NCBI GenBank assembly: GCA_039807745.1
Contig: JBDHRV010000003.1
Span: 1 to 62,390, forward strand
Origin: Burkholderiales bacterium
GTDB lineage: Bacteria; Pseudomonadota; Gammaproteobacteria; Burkholderiales; JAEUMW01
DNA: 62,390 nt
Direction: 5' to 3'
The translations under genes and the position numbers were made by a program. Below the pieces are notes generated by a model. It made no database searches. It was given only the letters and a program-made list of their open reading frames with translations, and was not told the DNA's origin. Below are positions 26,893-35,952 of the stretch, piece by piece (the stretch's first letter is position 1; every line of letters starts with the position of its first letter).

Positions 26893-27359
26893 ATCGCGAC
26901 CTCCATCGCCTCGTAGCGCGAGAGCCGGTACAGGCCGCCGCAGCGCTCGAAGCCGAGCCCCTCGTAGAACATCTGCGCACCGTCAACGTGCCGGCCGCTC
27001 GACTGTCCGAGCAGCACCTCCACGACGTTCGGCCGGGACCATGCCCACCGACAGAAATCCCTCACCAGCGCCTCTCCTGCGCCCGACTGGTATGAGACGA
27101 GGATGTGATCGGTGGCGTAGTGTCGGCTCGACCACCAGTGCTCGAACGTCTCGCCCATCAGCGCAGCGACTATCTTGCCCTCGGGCATCGCCAGCGCAAG
27201 GTACCCGCCGGGCGAGGAAATACAGCGCCGCATCGTGGCGCGCGCGCGATCCAGATCGTGCGTGATCGTGGCGTAGGGTGAGCGGCGCTTGAAGGCGAGA
27301 AAGAACTCGACCAGCTGCGGGATGTCCGCGTGGGTCGCCTGGCGAATCCCCGCGGTCAC
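26889..27359 (-). CDS. GNAT-family N-acetyltransferase
   Basis: 156 aa with acetyl-CoA motif-A-like YQSGAGEALVRDF and C-terminal MFYEGLGFE. GTGA overlap with the upstream gene. Confidence 0.7.
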   Translation of the reverse strand: MTAGIRQATHADIPQLVEFFLAFKRRSPYATITHDLDRARATMRRCISSPGGYLALAMPEGKIVAALMGETFEHWWSSRHYATDHILVSYQSGAGEALVRDFCRWAWSRPNVVEVLLGQSSGRHVDGAQMFYEGLGFERCGGLYRLSRYEAMEVAI

Positions 27360-28153
27360 GTCCAGCCCCGGGTCGAACCCCTGCGCCAGCGGCAGCGCGC
27401 CGCGAGACCGTTCCCCTCGGGCTCCGCGCCACCGAGCAGGCGCGGGATGCCGCGGCGCGCGGCCGACGGAATCGACGGCATCGAAATGAACTGGTTGGCG
27501 TGCGCGATCACCGGATCACCGTAGACCGCCGATGACGGCAGGCCTTCCAGCGGCACGGTCACGTTGCCCGTGATCGAAATGGCGTGCGAACCATAGACCG
27601 CCGCCGAGGCCAGTCCGTCTGGCGGGATCACCGGCACCTGCGCCTTGGCGAGCGTGTGCGCGCCATAGACGGCGCTCGTCGTCACGCCCTGGCCGTTCAG
27701 GCCGAGCACCTCGGCGCCACCGCTCGAAATCGTGAAGGTGCCGTACAGGGCCGCGCTTGGCACGCCGATCGACGGCACCGCCTTCTCGACGAGGATCGTC
27801 CCATAGGCCGCGGCCGAGCCGACCCCGCTGATCGGGCCGATCGTGCGCGCCGCGACATTCGCGAGCGCATGCGTGCCATAGACTGCGGCGCTCGCGACAC
27901 CTGACAGATCGTCGAGGTACTGGATGCTGCCGGACGAGCCGATCGTGTGACTGCCATAGGCCGCCGCGGAACCGAGGTTGCCGACGGGGCCGAGAGCGCG
28001 CGCGGCGACGTTCGCGAAGGTGTGCGACCCGTAAACCCCCGCGCTGCCTACGCTGGTGACATCCTCGATGATCTGGCCGAACAGCGGCCCGTCGAGATCG
28101 TCGAAGTAGATCTCGCCGTTCGGCCCGGACAGGTCATCGAAGATGATTGCCAT
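27356..28153 (-). CDS. Repeat protein with 8 copies of a [ST][AS][AG][AVL]YG motif (tail/fibre-associated?)
   Basis: Copies are SAGVYGSH, SAAAYGSH, SAAVYGTH, SAAAYGTI, SAALYGTF, TSAVYGAH, SAAVYGSH and SSAVYGDP. The C-terminal 45 aa are Arg-rich and odd. Confidence 0.6.
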   Translation of the reverse strand: MAIIFDDLSGPNGEIYFDDLDGPLFGQIIEDVTSVGSAGVYGSHTFANVAARALGPVGNLGSAAAYGSHTIGSSGSIQYLDDLSGVASAAVYGTHALANVAARTIGPISGVGSAAAYGTILVEKAVPSIGVPSAALYGTFTISSGGAEVLGLNGQGVTTSAVYGAHTLAKAQVPVIPPDGLASAAVYGSHAISITGNVTVPLEGLPSSAVYGDPVIAHANQFISMPSIPSAARRGIPRLLGGAEPEGNGLAARCRWRRGSTRGWT

Positions 28154-28156
28154 GCG

Positions 28157-29311
28157 CTACTCGTAGTCCGGCACGATCCAGCGAACCCCGCTGCGCACGG
28201 GCGATCCGCTCTTGAAGAACGAGACCAGGATGGGGTCGTTGAGGGCGAGCGCGCCGCGCGCGACCGCCTGATCGACTTCGCCGCTCCCGTTGGTTGACAC
28301 CGTGATTGCTTGATCTGGATTCGGCGCGCCGGTCGTCGGAGCCTGGCGCCACACCAGCATGACGATGCCGCTCTCGCTCGCCACCGGGGCGCCGAACTTG
28401 TCGATCAGGATCTCGCGCACGAACACGCGCGCCTGAATCTGCACGACGTAGCCGGCGGCATTCGATGCTCCGTCGTTCTCGGTCACGAACAGGTAAAGAT
28501 TCGTGTCGAGCGACAGCGCGCCCTTTGTTACGGTGATCGTGATCGAGGTCGCGCTCCATGCTGTGATCGTCTGCGTGACCGCGCCGCCATCGGCAACGTT
28601 GTTCGTCGGCGACAGGCGAACTGATCCGCTGCCCTGCGAGGCTCCGAAGTTGGTACCGGTGATGACGACACCGGTCTCACCGTTGTAGAACGCCTCGTCA
28701 CCGGCGTCGGTGATGGTTGGCACCGTGCCAGCGGTGATGTTCCCTCCCTCGAAGTCATCAAGGTAGAACGCCGCCGAAAGAATAAGCCCCGGCGCACCGG
28801 TTGAAAGGCTGGCGTCCGTGGCGTTGAGTCCGGTGATCTGCGTGCCGTTACGGAACACGCGAAGCGAAGTCCCTTCGACCTCCAGCGAGATCACGTCGTT
28901 GACCGACCACGCCTGATCCACATTCGCCAGCGACGTATTGGTCCCATTGACGACCTTGCCGACGCGCGTGGTGTAGCTCGGCCCGCCATCGTCCATCTGC
29001 ACGATGGCGTAGTAGAAGTCTCGCGCAGCATCCGTATCGCCGCTGGCGCGAACGATCACGCCGGCCCAGTAGTTCGCGCTCTGAAAATCGAAGTTGAGAA
29101 GCTTCGCCGCCGCGTACTGGTCATTCGTGAATGAACCCGCGCCCACCCATCGTGCGGCAGCATTGTCGGCACCATTCCCTGTTGCGCCGGTGATCCGCGT
29201 CGACGAATTGATGCTGATATCGCCGCCGCCGCCGGAGTTCAGTTGCGCCCAGTTCGCCCCAAGGCTGGCACGGTTGAAGTTGTCTGCTGCTACCGGTTGA
29301 CGTGCTGCCAT
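28157..29311 (-). CDS. Tail fibre/spike-like protein with lectin-like N-terminal and IPT/TIG-like middle domain
   Basis: DNFNRASLGANWAQL...FYLDDFEG (ConA/LamG-like pattern) and TITDAGDEAFYNGETGVVITGTNFG (IPT-like). Confidence 0.5.
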   Translation of the reverse strand: MAARQPVAADNFNRASLGANWAQLNSGGGGDISINSSTRITGATGNGADNAAARWVGAGSFTNDQYAAAKLLNFDFQSANYWAGVIVRASGDTDAARDFYYAIVQMDDGGPSYTTRVGKVVNGTNTSLANVDQAWSVNDVISLEVEGTSLRVFRNGTQITGLNATDASLSTGAPGLILSAAFYLDDFEGGNITAGTVPTITDAGDEAFYNGETGVVITGTNFGASQGSGSVRLSPTNNVADGGAVTQTITAWSATSITITVTKGALSLDTNLYLFVTENDGASNAAGYVVQIQARVFVREILIDKFGAPVASESGIVMLVWRQAPTTGAPNPDQAITVSTNGSGEVDQAVARGALALNDPILVSFFKSGSPVRSGVRWIVPDYE

Positions 29312-29312
29312 G

Positions 29313-30476
29313 TCAGGTTCCCGCCGGGCGATATGCCTGCGCTCGGTTCGTCGCTAGCGTCGCCCAGATGTGTGATTTGATCGTCGGTGCATAGACGAAG
29401 CGGCCGTGATTCTCCGTGCTCACCGAGCGCGCGCTCGCGCCGCCTGCGGCGCTGAAGGTCTCCGTCGTCCATGCCCACGAACTGTTCCACGGATCGGCGG
29501 GGTTCGACGGCTTCAACCAACGGACCTGCGTGGGACTCGTGTCAACGATGCTCGCGAACCCCTGCACATCGGGATTCCACGCGAGCGAGCTCGAGCCGGC
29601 TCCCTGCGTCCCGCTCGGGGAAATCTGCTTGCGCGCATTGGCCCCCGTCTGCCCCGCCTCCACCTGCGCGAGGTTGTAGATCCAGGTCTGCTCGCTGCTG
29701 AATGTTCCGCGCAGGACGAGGAACCGGGTTCCCGGAATGACCCCACCACAGAAGTCGTTGCCGGTGTTGATGCCGAGTCCGTAGCTGGTGATGGCGCCGG
29801 CTTGCGTTACTCGATGGATGTTCGAGACATCGCCACCGCCGAACCACCAGAAATGCGACCCCGGCTCCTGCACCATCGTCTTGGTCGTGATGCTGCCGGC
29901 CGGGATACCGGATGAATTGATGAACTGCGACCACGTTTCGGTGGCGAAGTTGAACTGCCACCACGCGCCAGTCCGCGCGTTGCCGATACTGTCGACGGCA
30001 GGCTGCGTGGCAGATATCAGCGAGCCGTAGGCACCTCCGCCATTTGCGCTCGAGCGAATTCCGAGCGTGTGGTAAGTGTGCGGCGGCGCCGGCGTGCCGT
30101 CGGGGAAGGCGCCAGCGCTCGTCAGTGATTGCGTCGGCGAGTACGGCGACGGATTGCCCATCCGCGACCAGAGCTGCGTCGCGAGATCGAATCGGTAGAC
30201 CTCGTTTCCAGAGCCGCCCAGGTGGCCACCGCCCCACGTCACGTAGGAACCGAGCGCGCCGAGTTCCGGTGCGAACACACCCGAGGTCCACGTATCGAAT
30301 GCGGCATTCTGATGCGACGAACCCGAGTAGACGCAGTTGTCGGCCGGGCACGGGTTGACGTTGGTCGGCATGTTCGTCGACACGTCACGGAACGTGCCCG
30401 GAGCCGGCACCCATGACGGAAGCCCGCCGCCACCGCCAGCCTGACGTCTGATCGTGATGGGATTGCTTATGGCCAT
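29313..30476 (-). CDS. Kelch/beta-propeller-like tail-associated protein
   Basis: Repeated GGH..G..N.VY.FD..T..W-type segments. It sits among the fibre genes. Confidence 0.4.
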   Translation of the reverse strand: MAISNPITIRRQAGGGGGLPSWVPAPGTFRDVSTNMPTNVNPCPADNCVYSGSSHQNAAFDTWTSGVFAPELGALGSYVTWGGGHLGGSGNEVYRFDLATQLWSRMGNPSPYSPTQSLTSAGAFPDGTPAPPHTYHTLGIRSSANGGGAYGSLISATQPAVDSIGNARTGAWWQFNFATETWSQFINSSGIPAGSITTKTMVQEPGSHFWWFGGGDVSNIHRVTQAGAITSYGLGINTGNDFCGGVIPGTRFLVLRGTFSSEQTWIYNLAQVEAGQTGANARKQISPSGTQGAGSSSLAWNPDVQGFASIVDTSPTQVRWLKPSNPADPWNSSWAWTTETFSAAGGASARSVSTENHGRFVYAPTIKSHIWATLATNRAQAYRPAGT

Positions 30477-30480
30477 GTCG

Positions 30481-32115
30481 TCATGCCTGCGGACACGGGA
30501 TCGGCTGCAAGGAGCAGATCACCTGGTCGAACTCGTTCCAGGTCGCGGCAGGCTGCGCGGCCCACTGCACGCCTCCCGTGAACGGATTGAACTGCATCCA
30601 GGTAAACCCATAGGGGTGGCGACCGGAAGGGTCCGACCCGTTCTGCGAGCCGTTATCGAACGCCCATATGAAGTCGCTCTTGGAGAAAATCCTGGTCCAC
30701 GTCGTCTGTCCCTGCGGCGCCACGAACCACTCGATCAGCGTGTCGCGTGAACCGTTGTTTGCTGACGAGGACAACGTCGTCGACCCGTACTGATGCCCGG
30801 GGCGGATGCGATGCATCACCGTGACCCACTCGTTCTCCGGCCACGTCCAGCACCCGGACTGATTGTTATAGGTACAGGCGTTGGTATACCCCGGCTGCTT
30901 CTGGCCGAGATCAGGCCCATTGCTTTGCGGCTCCTCGAGCCCGGAGTTGAACATCTGCTCCCACGATGTGTAGTGCGTGGGCACGCTCTTGTTCGTCAAA
31001 TAGCCGGTCGAGCGCCAGACATACTCCTGCGAGGGGTCTTGGTAGTTGCAGGTGACGTAACCCATCTTCGCGTAGGGCATGCCGGACGCGAAGTGTCCGG
31101 GGCTGAATCGCACGCGATACTGCAGATACAGTTCGCTACCGAGCATGATGCCGGTGCGCGCCGGCGAGCCGACCGGCACGCCGTTGTAGTCGGGATGCAT
31201 GATCCCGTGCATGAGCGCGCTGTTCCACTGGTCGATCGCGGATGTACCAGGACCCACTGGCACTCCGGGCTGGTTGATGTCGCCGGGCTGCGGTTGGATC
31301 GGGCGGCGCCATGCGATGGCATTCCCGTCGCCCGGACTTGCGCGCTGCGCGACCGTCTGACGCATGCAGCCATCGCCAGAGATAATCCCGCGACCCGCCT
31401 CGAACGTTTGGCCTGCCATCGGCGTGCTGGTCTGCCAGCGCGTGACGTCGCTCGCGGACTGGAACCGCTGCGCCCACAGAACGCCTGCTCCACTGATGCG
31501 GCTCGCCCAATCCGCCGCGGCGTCACCCCCGCCGCCGCCCGGCGTGTAGTCCTCGATGAGAACGCCGGTCACGTCGGCGATCGCGCCCTCCTCGCCATCG
31601 TCGACCAGTAGCTTGTTCGCGCTGTCGAGCGTGACACCCGCAGGCAGCGGCGCCGAACTCTCGTGCAGGCGGTAGTTCGACGAGCCCGGCGGCACGAACT
31701 GCGCGAACGAGATCGACTTCGGCGTTCCTGCCGGCGAGAAGTCAGCGAGCCAAGGGTTCGGGTTCGTCCACTCGTTCGCCGCTGGCGTCGTGATGTTGGC
31801 CGTGCCCGAGTAGCCCGACACGTTCGGCACGCTCGCCGCATCCGCGGCACGGGCGCGATAGTAGTAGGCGGTCTCCGGGTCGAGGTTTGTGTCGTCGTAG
31901 GGGAAGATGCTCGCCCCCGCGGCGATCTGCGACCAGCCGGACGAGCCGTTCGGGCTTCGCTCGAGGCGATACTCACCGATTCCCGAGGCATCCGAACTCC
32001 CCTCGGTCAGAGACACACGAGCCGACGTAGCGCTCAGCACGCTCGCCGAAATCGTGGGCACCGTCGGCGCGTTTACGTCATGCCCGGTGCCAATGCGGAT
32101 CGCCTGATGCGCCAC
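30481..32115 (-). CDS. Tailspike/depolymerase candidate with N-terminal FN3 domain
   Basis: FN3 pattern (VSLTEGSSDASGIGEYRLERSPNGSSGW...AYYYRARAADAA), then a ~430-aa beta-rich domain of unknown family. Confidence 0.45.
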   Translation of the reverse strand: MAHQAIRIGTGHDVNAPTVPTISASVLSATSARVSLTEGSSDASGIGEYRLERSPNGSSGWSQIAAGASIFPYDDTNLDPETAYYYRARAADAASVPNVSGYSGTANITTPAANEWTNPNPWLADFSPAGTPKSISFAQFVPPGSSNYRLHESSAPLPAGVTLDSANKLLVDDGEEGAIADVTGVLIEDYTPGGGGGDAAADWASRISGAGVLWAQRFQSASDVTRWQTSTPMAGQTFEAGRGIISGDGCMRQTVAQRASPGDGNAIAWRRPIQPQPGDINQPGVPVGPGTSAIDQWNSALMHGIMHPDYNGVPVGSPARTGIMLGSELYLQYRVRFSPGHFASGMPYAKMGYVTCNYQDPSQEYVWRSTGYLTNKSVPTHYTSWEQMFNSGLEEPQSNGPDLGQKQPGYTNACTYNNQSGCWTWPENEWVTVMHRIRPGHQYGSTTLSSSANNGSRDTLIEWFVAPQGQTTWTRIFSKSDFIWAFDNGSQNGSDPSGRHPYGFTWMQFNPFTGGVQWAAQPAATWNEFDQVICSLQPIPCPQA

Positions 32116-32120
32116 GAGCC

Positions 32121-32354
32121 TTACGCGGCCGGCTGACCCTTGAGCGCGGCGATCTTGCTGCGCACCGCGTCGAGTTCGGGCACGACGGCGGCTGCCTCAC
32201 GGCGCGCCGTGGCGCTGGCGGCCATCGCTGTCGCGCGGGCCTCCTCGAGCCGGGTCTCATGCGTCACGAGTTCCGCGATCTGAGCCTGCTTCTTCTCGCG
32301 CGCGGCGAGCTTCAGGGCGCGCTCCTCGGAGACGTCCGGGGTGTTGTCGGTCAT
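32121..32354 (-). CDS. Small coiled-coil protein (77 aa)
   Basis: ATG 32354 within table ORF 32121..32540. Translation: MTDNTPDVSEERALKLAAREKKQAQIAEL... Confidence 0.5.
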   Translation of the reverse strand: MTDNTPDVSEERALKLAAREKKQAQIAELVTHETRLEEARATAMAASATARREAAAVVPELDAVRSKIAALKGQPAA

Positions 32355-32355
32355 G

Positions 32356-32727
32356 TCAGTGTTCTCCGTTGCGATGTTTGATGAGGGATGGCGTGCCGAC
32401 CGCCTTGCGAGACGGCACGCCGCGCAGCGGCATCGCCTTGCGCGTGGCGCTGTCCCACTGCGCATCGTTGTAGGCTGCCTCGCGGATCTTCGGGTTGTTC
32501 GACAGCGCGAAAGGCGCGCCGGTGCGCACGAGCGCGGCATCCTGCGCGATGATGATGTTCGCCTTCTCGTACTCCTCGCCGGCGCGCGCGGCCCGCCGGA
32601 AGGAGTCTGCGATCTCGTTGCATGCTTGCCACGGGATCGAGGCGACGGCCTGACCGTTCAGGATCATCAGCGTGCGCGAAGGGTCGAAAGAGTCGCGCTG
32701 CAGGGTGAGCGTGCCCTTCTGCTTCAT
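32356..32727 (-). CDS. Hypothetical protein (123 aa)
   Basis: ATG 32727 overlaps the LAGLIDADG gene stop (ATGA). Translation starts MKQKGTLTLQRDSFDPSRT... Confidence 0.5.
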   Translation of the reverse strand: MKQKGTLTLQRDSFDPSRTLMILNGQAVASIPWQACNEIADSFRRAARAGEEYEKANIIIAQDAALVRTGAPFALSNNPKIREAAYNDAQWDSATRKAMPLRGVPSRKAVGTPSLIKHRNGEH

Positions 32728-33236
32728 GCGGCCACCTGTTCGGCGAGGCGCGCGTTGTACTCGCGCTGGCGGCGATTCGTGCACTCCCGGCAGCGCCGCT
32801 TGCGCACGCTGCCATCGTGGTTGGTTTCGATCACCAGGTTATCGCCGACGAGTTCGTGGCCGTGCTTGCAGCGCTTCTGGCGGCCGTGCTTGATCGGTGC
32901 GCGCTTCCACTCCTCGAGCAGTTGCTCGATGCGCTTGCGGCGACGCTCTCCAAGGTAGGTGAACAGGGTCATCGCGAGGCCGGCGGCGTGTTCGGCGTTC
33001 GTGACCCGCCAGTTCCAGACTCGCTTGCCTGTTTTCGTGCGACGAGAGTGTTCGACAACGAATCCGACGCCAGCGATCGCATGCGCTCGACGCACGACAT
33101 CCTCGTCGGTCATTGCGATCTGCAGCACAATGCGGTTCATCTTCTTGCCATGAACCGTGCGCATGTAGACGCAACCCTCGCCTTCAAAGAGACCGGCGAG
33201 CCACGCGAGATTGATCGGCGTGCGTAGTTCGTTCAT
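32724..33236 (-). CDS. LAGLIDADG-family homing endonuclease (free-standing)
   Basis: N-terminal LAWLAGLFEGEGCV motif. C-terminal Cys/His zinc-like CKHGH...CRECTNRRQREY. Confidence 0.7.
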   Translation of the reverse strand: MNELRTPINLAWLAGLFEGEGCVYMRTVHGKKMNRIVLQIAMTDEDVVRRAHAIAGVGFVVEHSRRTKTGKRVWNWRVTNAEHAAGLAMTLFTYLGERRRKRIEQLLEEWKRAPIKHGRQKRCKHGHELVGDNLVIETNHDGSVRKRRCRECTNRRQREYNARLAEQVAA

Positions 33237-33239
33237 GAA

Positions 33240-33650
33240 CTACAGCCGAGCAATGCGATTGGTGCCATTATCCCATTGAATGGTCACGTTCCCTCCGTCA
33301 GGAGTTAACGGCAGCCCCGTCGCCGTATCGAAGTTCAGCAGCAGGCGCCGCGCCGAGTCCGCACCGCCATCGTGGCAGTAGATGTCGACGCTCTCGAACT
33401 GGTCGCCGGTGACCGACACCAGCGTCACGTCGGCGGCGTCGAGGTAGCCCTTCGTGTTGGTCTTGCTCGCGAAGCTACCGCTGACGGCCACGCGCGCACC
33501 CGCGGCGCGATCGTTGAGGAAGTCGTCGTTCGCGAGGTCGATGCTGGTATCGGCCTCGTCGATACAGACGACCCGGATGTCGCTGGTATCCCAGGCCACA
33601 TCGCCGCCCGCGAAACCTTCCAGCCCTGCGTCGTACCATGCATTCGCCAT
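33240..33650 (-). CDS. Hypothetical virion-module protein (136 aa)
   Basis: ATG 33650 preceded by AAGGAG. This is table ORF 33240..34199 trimmed. Confidence 0.55.
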   Translation of the reverse strand: MANAWYDAGLEGFAGGDVAWDTSDIRVVCIDEADTSIDLANDDFLNDRAAGARVAVSGSFASKTNTKGYLDAADVTLVSVTGDQFESVDIYCHDGGADSARRLLLNFDTATGLPLTPDGGNVTIQWDNGTNRIARL

Positions 33651-33673
33651 CGTCAGTCTCCTTGGAAAAGCGG

Positions 33674-34015
33674 TTAGAGGAAGCGCCGGTAGCTCGACAT
33701 GTGCGCGGCCGACGCGCCCCCATCGGCGCGCAGCCGCACGCGATCGAAGCAGCCGACGAGCACGGCCAGTTCGCCGACGGCGATGCCCAGGGCCCACGAC
33801 GACGGATTGGACGAGTTGAGCTTCATCACCGCGACCGGGAACGAGGCCGAGTCGGTCCACGTCACGCCGTTGTCGATCGACACTTCCACGAGCACCGCGC
33901 CATCGGTGACGCGGATCAGGTGCTCGGTGGCGGCGGACACGTCCTCGGAGGTGAGCACGAGATCGCCGTCCGAGTCGGCCGAGCCGGATTTCTTGACGTC
34001 GTAGGGGTGCGGCAC
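33674..34015 (-). CDS. Hypothetical protein (113 aa)
   Basis: Table ORF with tight spacing in the operon. Confidence 0.5.
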   Translation of the reverse strand: MPHPYDVKKSGSADSDGDLVLTSEDVSAATEHLIRVTDGAVLVEVSIDNGVTWTDSASFPVAVMKLNSSNPSSWALGIAVGELAVLVGCFDRVRLRADGGASAAHMSSYRRFL

Positions 34016-34024
34016 GGGCGGCTC

Positions 34025-35278
34025 CTAGAACTGGTTGAGGACGACGTTGGTGCGGCCACGCGAGCCGCCGCCGGCGATCGGGCTCGTGCCCGGGATGCTG
34101 CTCGGCGGCACACCGCCGCCGGGCGTGATGTCTGGCACGCCATTGCCTGAGCCGCCGGACGGCTGCAGTGGGCCGCTCGGCGCCGGGGTCTTGCCCCAAT
34201 CCTCGTCCCAGAAGGGCGATTGCCGGTAGTACGCGGCGATCGCATCGAGGTCGGTCTGCAGGCGGTTGCGTGCGTTGGCGACCGCGGTGGACTGCTGGCT
34301 CGCGTTGAGCCCCTCGGTCTGGTAGATCGTCGCGATCTCGTTCGACGCGGCCGTCATGCGGTCCGTGACCGACGCGAGGTACTGGCTCTGCAGCCGCGGC
34401 CCGACGTCGGCCTTCTGGGCCGCCTCGGCCTGCGCGGCGATCTGCTCGAGCGTCTGCGCGTGCTGCAGGTTCATGCGCTCGATCTGCTGTAGCTGCTCGG
34501 CCTGCGAGAGGCCGAGCCGCTGACCGTACTCGGCGATCATCAGCGCCTGGCTGTTCTGGAAGCGACGATCCTCGAGCTGCAGGTCGTATCCGGCGGCGCG
34601 GTCCTGCTGCAGGAGACGGAAATCCTGGTCCATCTGCTGCAGGCGGGCACTCGCATCAGTCTGCGCGGAAATCTCCTGCAGCCGCTGCTGGCCTTCCCGC
34701 GTGAGCAGCTGCACGCGCGCGGCGGTCTCCTGGCTCAGCAGCGAGCTCTGGTTCTGGTAGGACTGGTCACCGAGGCGCAGCTGCCCCTGGATGCCGGCCT
34801 CCTGAAGCCCGAACTGGTTGATCGCGCCGAGGTTCGCGTTCGTGCGGTTGAAGTTGGCTGTCGCATCGAACTGCGCGATCGGCAGCGCCGAGTCGATCAG
34901 CGCCTTCTCGCCGGACTGCGCCGCCATCGTCGAGTTCTGCAAGCCGCGCGAGGTCGCGAATTCCTGCGCCCGTGTCCGTGCGCTCTGCAGCAGCGGGGAC
35001 TGCTCGTCGAGCAGGGTTTTCAACTGGCCGCTCGCGGTCTCGCTGGCGTTCAGGCCGGCGACGACGGGCTGCCCGGTGACGCCGACCGTGCTCATGCCGG
35101 ACACGGCGGGCGCGCTCGGCTCCGCCGTCGGGATCAGGCTCGCCGGCGGCGGGCTCGTGGCCGGCGCGCTCGGCGTCGTCACGCCGGCGGCCTGCTGCGT
35201 CGTGCCGAGCGTCTGCGCTGGCGTCACCGGATTCGCGCCGGGCAGCGTCTCAGGTTGTGGGATCAGTGAGTCAGCCAT
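34025..35278 (-). CDS. Gln/Ala-rich structural protein (417 aa)
   Basis: Pro/Thr-rich N-terminus, long Q-rich helical core, Gly-rich C-terminus. Table ORF. Confidence 0.55.
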   Translation of the reverse strand: MADSLIPQPETLPGANPVTPAQTLGTTQQAAGVTTPSAPATSPPPASLIPTAEPSAPAVSGMSTVGVTGQPVVAGLNASETASGQLKTLLDEQSPLLQSARTRAQEFATSRGLQNSTMAAQSGEKALIDSALPIAQFDATANFNRTNANLGAINQFGLQEAGIQGQLRLGDQSYQNQSSLLSQETAARVQLLTREGQQRLQEISAQTDASARLQQMDQDFRLLQQDRAAGYDLQLEDRRFQNSQALMIAEYGQRLGLSQAEQLQQIERMNLQHAQTLEQIAAQAEAAQKADVGPRLQSQYLASVTDRMTAASNEIATIYQTEGLNASQQSTAVANARNRLQTDLDAIAAYYRQSPFWDEDWGKTPAPSGPLQPSGGSGNGVPDITPGGGVPPSSIPGTSPIAGGGSRGRTNVVLNQF

Positions 35279-35312
35279 GTCTCAACACACCGGGCCTCGG
35301 ATTAGCATGTCA

Positions 35313-35332
35313 TCGGGCATCGCTAGCGCAAG
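35313..35332. repeat. 20-nt exact repeat TCGGGCATCGCTAGCGCAAG, copy 1
   Basis: Identical to 47868-47887. It spans the P4H stop codon and the gap before gene 34025..35278. Confidence 0.9.
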
Positions 35333-35952
35333 GGCGGCCCGTGAATCCAGTTCACGAGCGCGTAGCGCACGCCGCGCGTGATCTCCGACACCTGATGCGG
35401 CGTCCAGCACGCGAAGGCGACGGCGTCACCGGCGTTGCGGTAGTTCAGCGTCTCGGACTGGTGAGACATGAGCGTGAGCGCACAGCCCTCGTAGTCCTCG
35501 CCGGCCGACAGCTGCGCGAGGATCGTGAGCTTCCTGCGCCCCATGTAGCCGGCGCCGAAGTCCTGATGCCAGTTGTAGTGGCCGGGGATCTCGTCCGACG
35601 TTTTCGGCGCCTCGTAGCGCAGCACCTGAAACGGCTCGAGCAGGCCGGTGAGGTCGAAGCGCCAGTAGGTCTCGTTGGCCCATTGCACGCGCATCGTGAC
35701 GCGCTCGTAGAGCCAGGCGTGCTCGGCGCTGAACGGCAGCGTGGCCGTGCTCACGCAGCGGTAGGCGGGATCGACTCGCGCCGCCTCACCGGAGCCGACC
35801 GCGGCCGGCGCCCATCCGGCGTGCTCGGCGGCCACGATGATCGCAGCGCACTCCGGCGGCGACAGCAGCGCGTTCGCGCCGGTCCACTGGACGTGCGAGG
35901 GGTAGTCCTGCGCGAGCGGTGCAGGCGTGAAGAAGTAGCCGGTCGTGTTCAT
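35323..35952 (-). CDS. 2OG-Fe(II) oxygenase, prolyl-4-hydroxylase-like
   Basis: H.D (NWHQDF), [22 protein letters not shown], and the distal His/Arg of [33 protein letters not shown] overlap with the collagen-like gene. Confidence 0.75.
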   Translation of the reverse strand: MNTTGYFFTPAPLAQDYPSHVQWTGANALLSPPECAAIIVAAEHAGWAPAAVGSGEAARVDPAYRCVSTATLPFSAEHAWLYERVTMRVQWANETYWRFDLTGLLEPFQVLRYEAPKTSDEIPGHYNWHQDFGAGYMGRRKLTILAQLSAGEDYEGCALTLMSHQSETLNYRNAGDAVAFACWTPHQVSEITRGVRYALVNWIHGPPLR

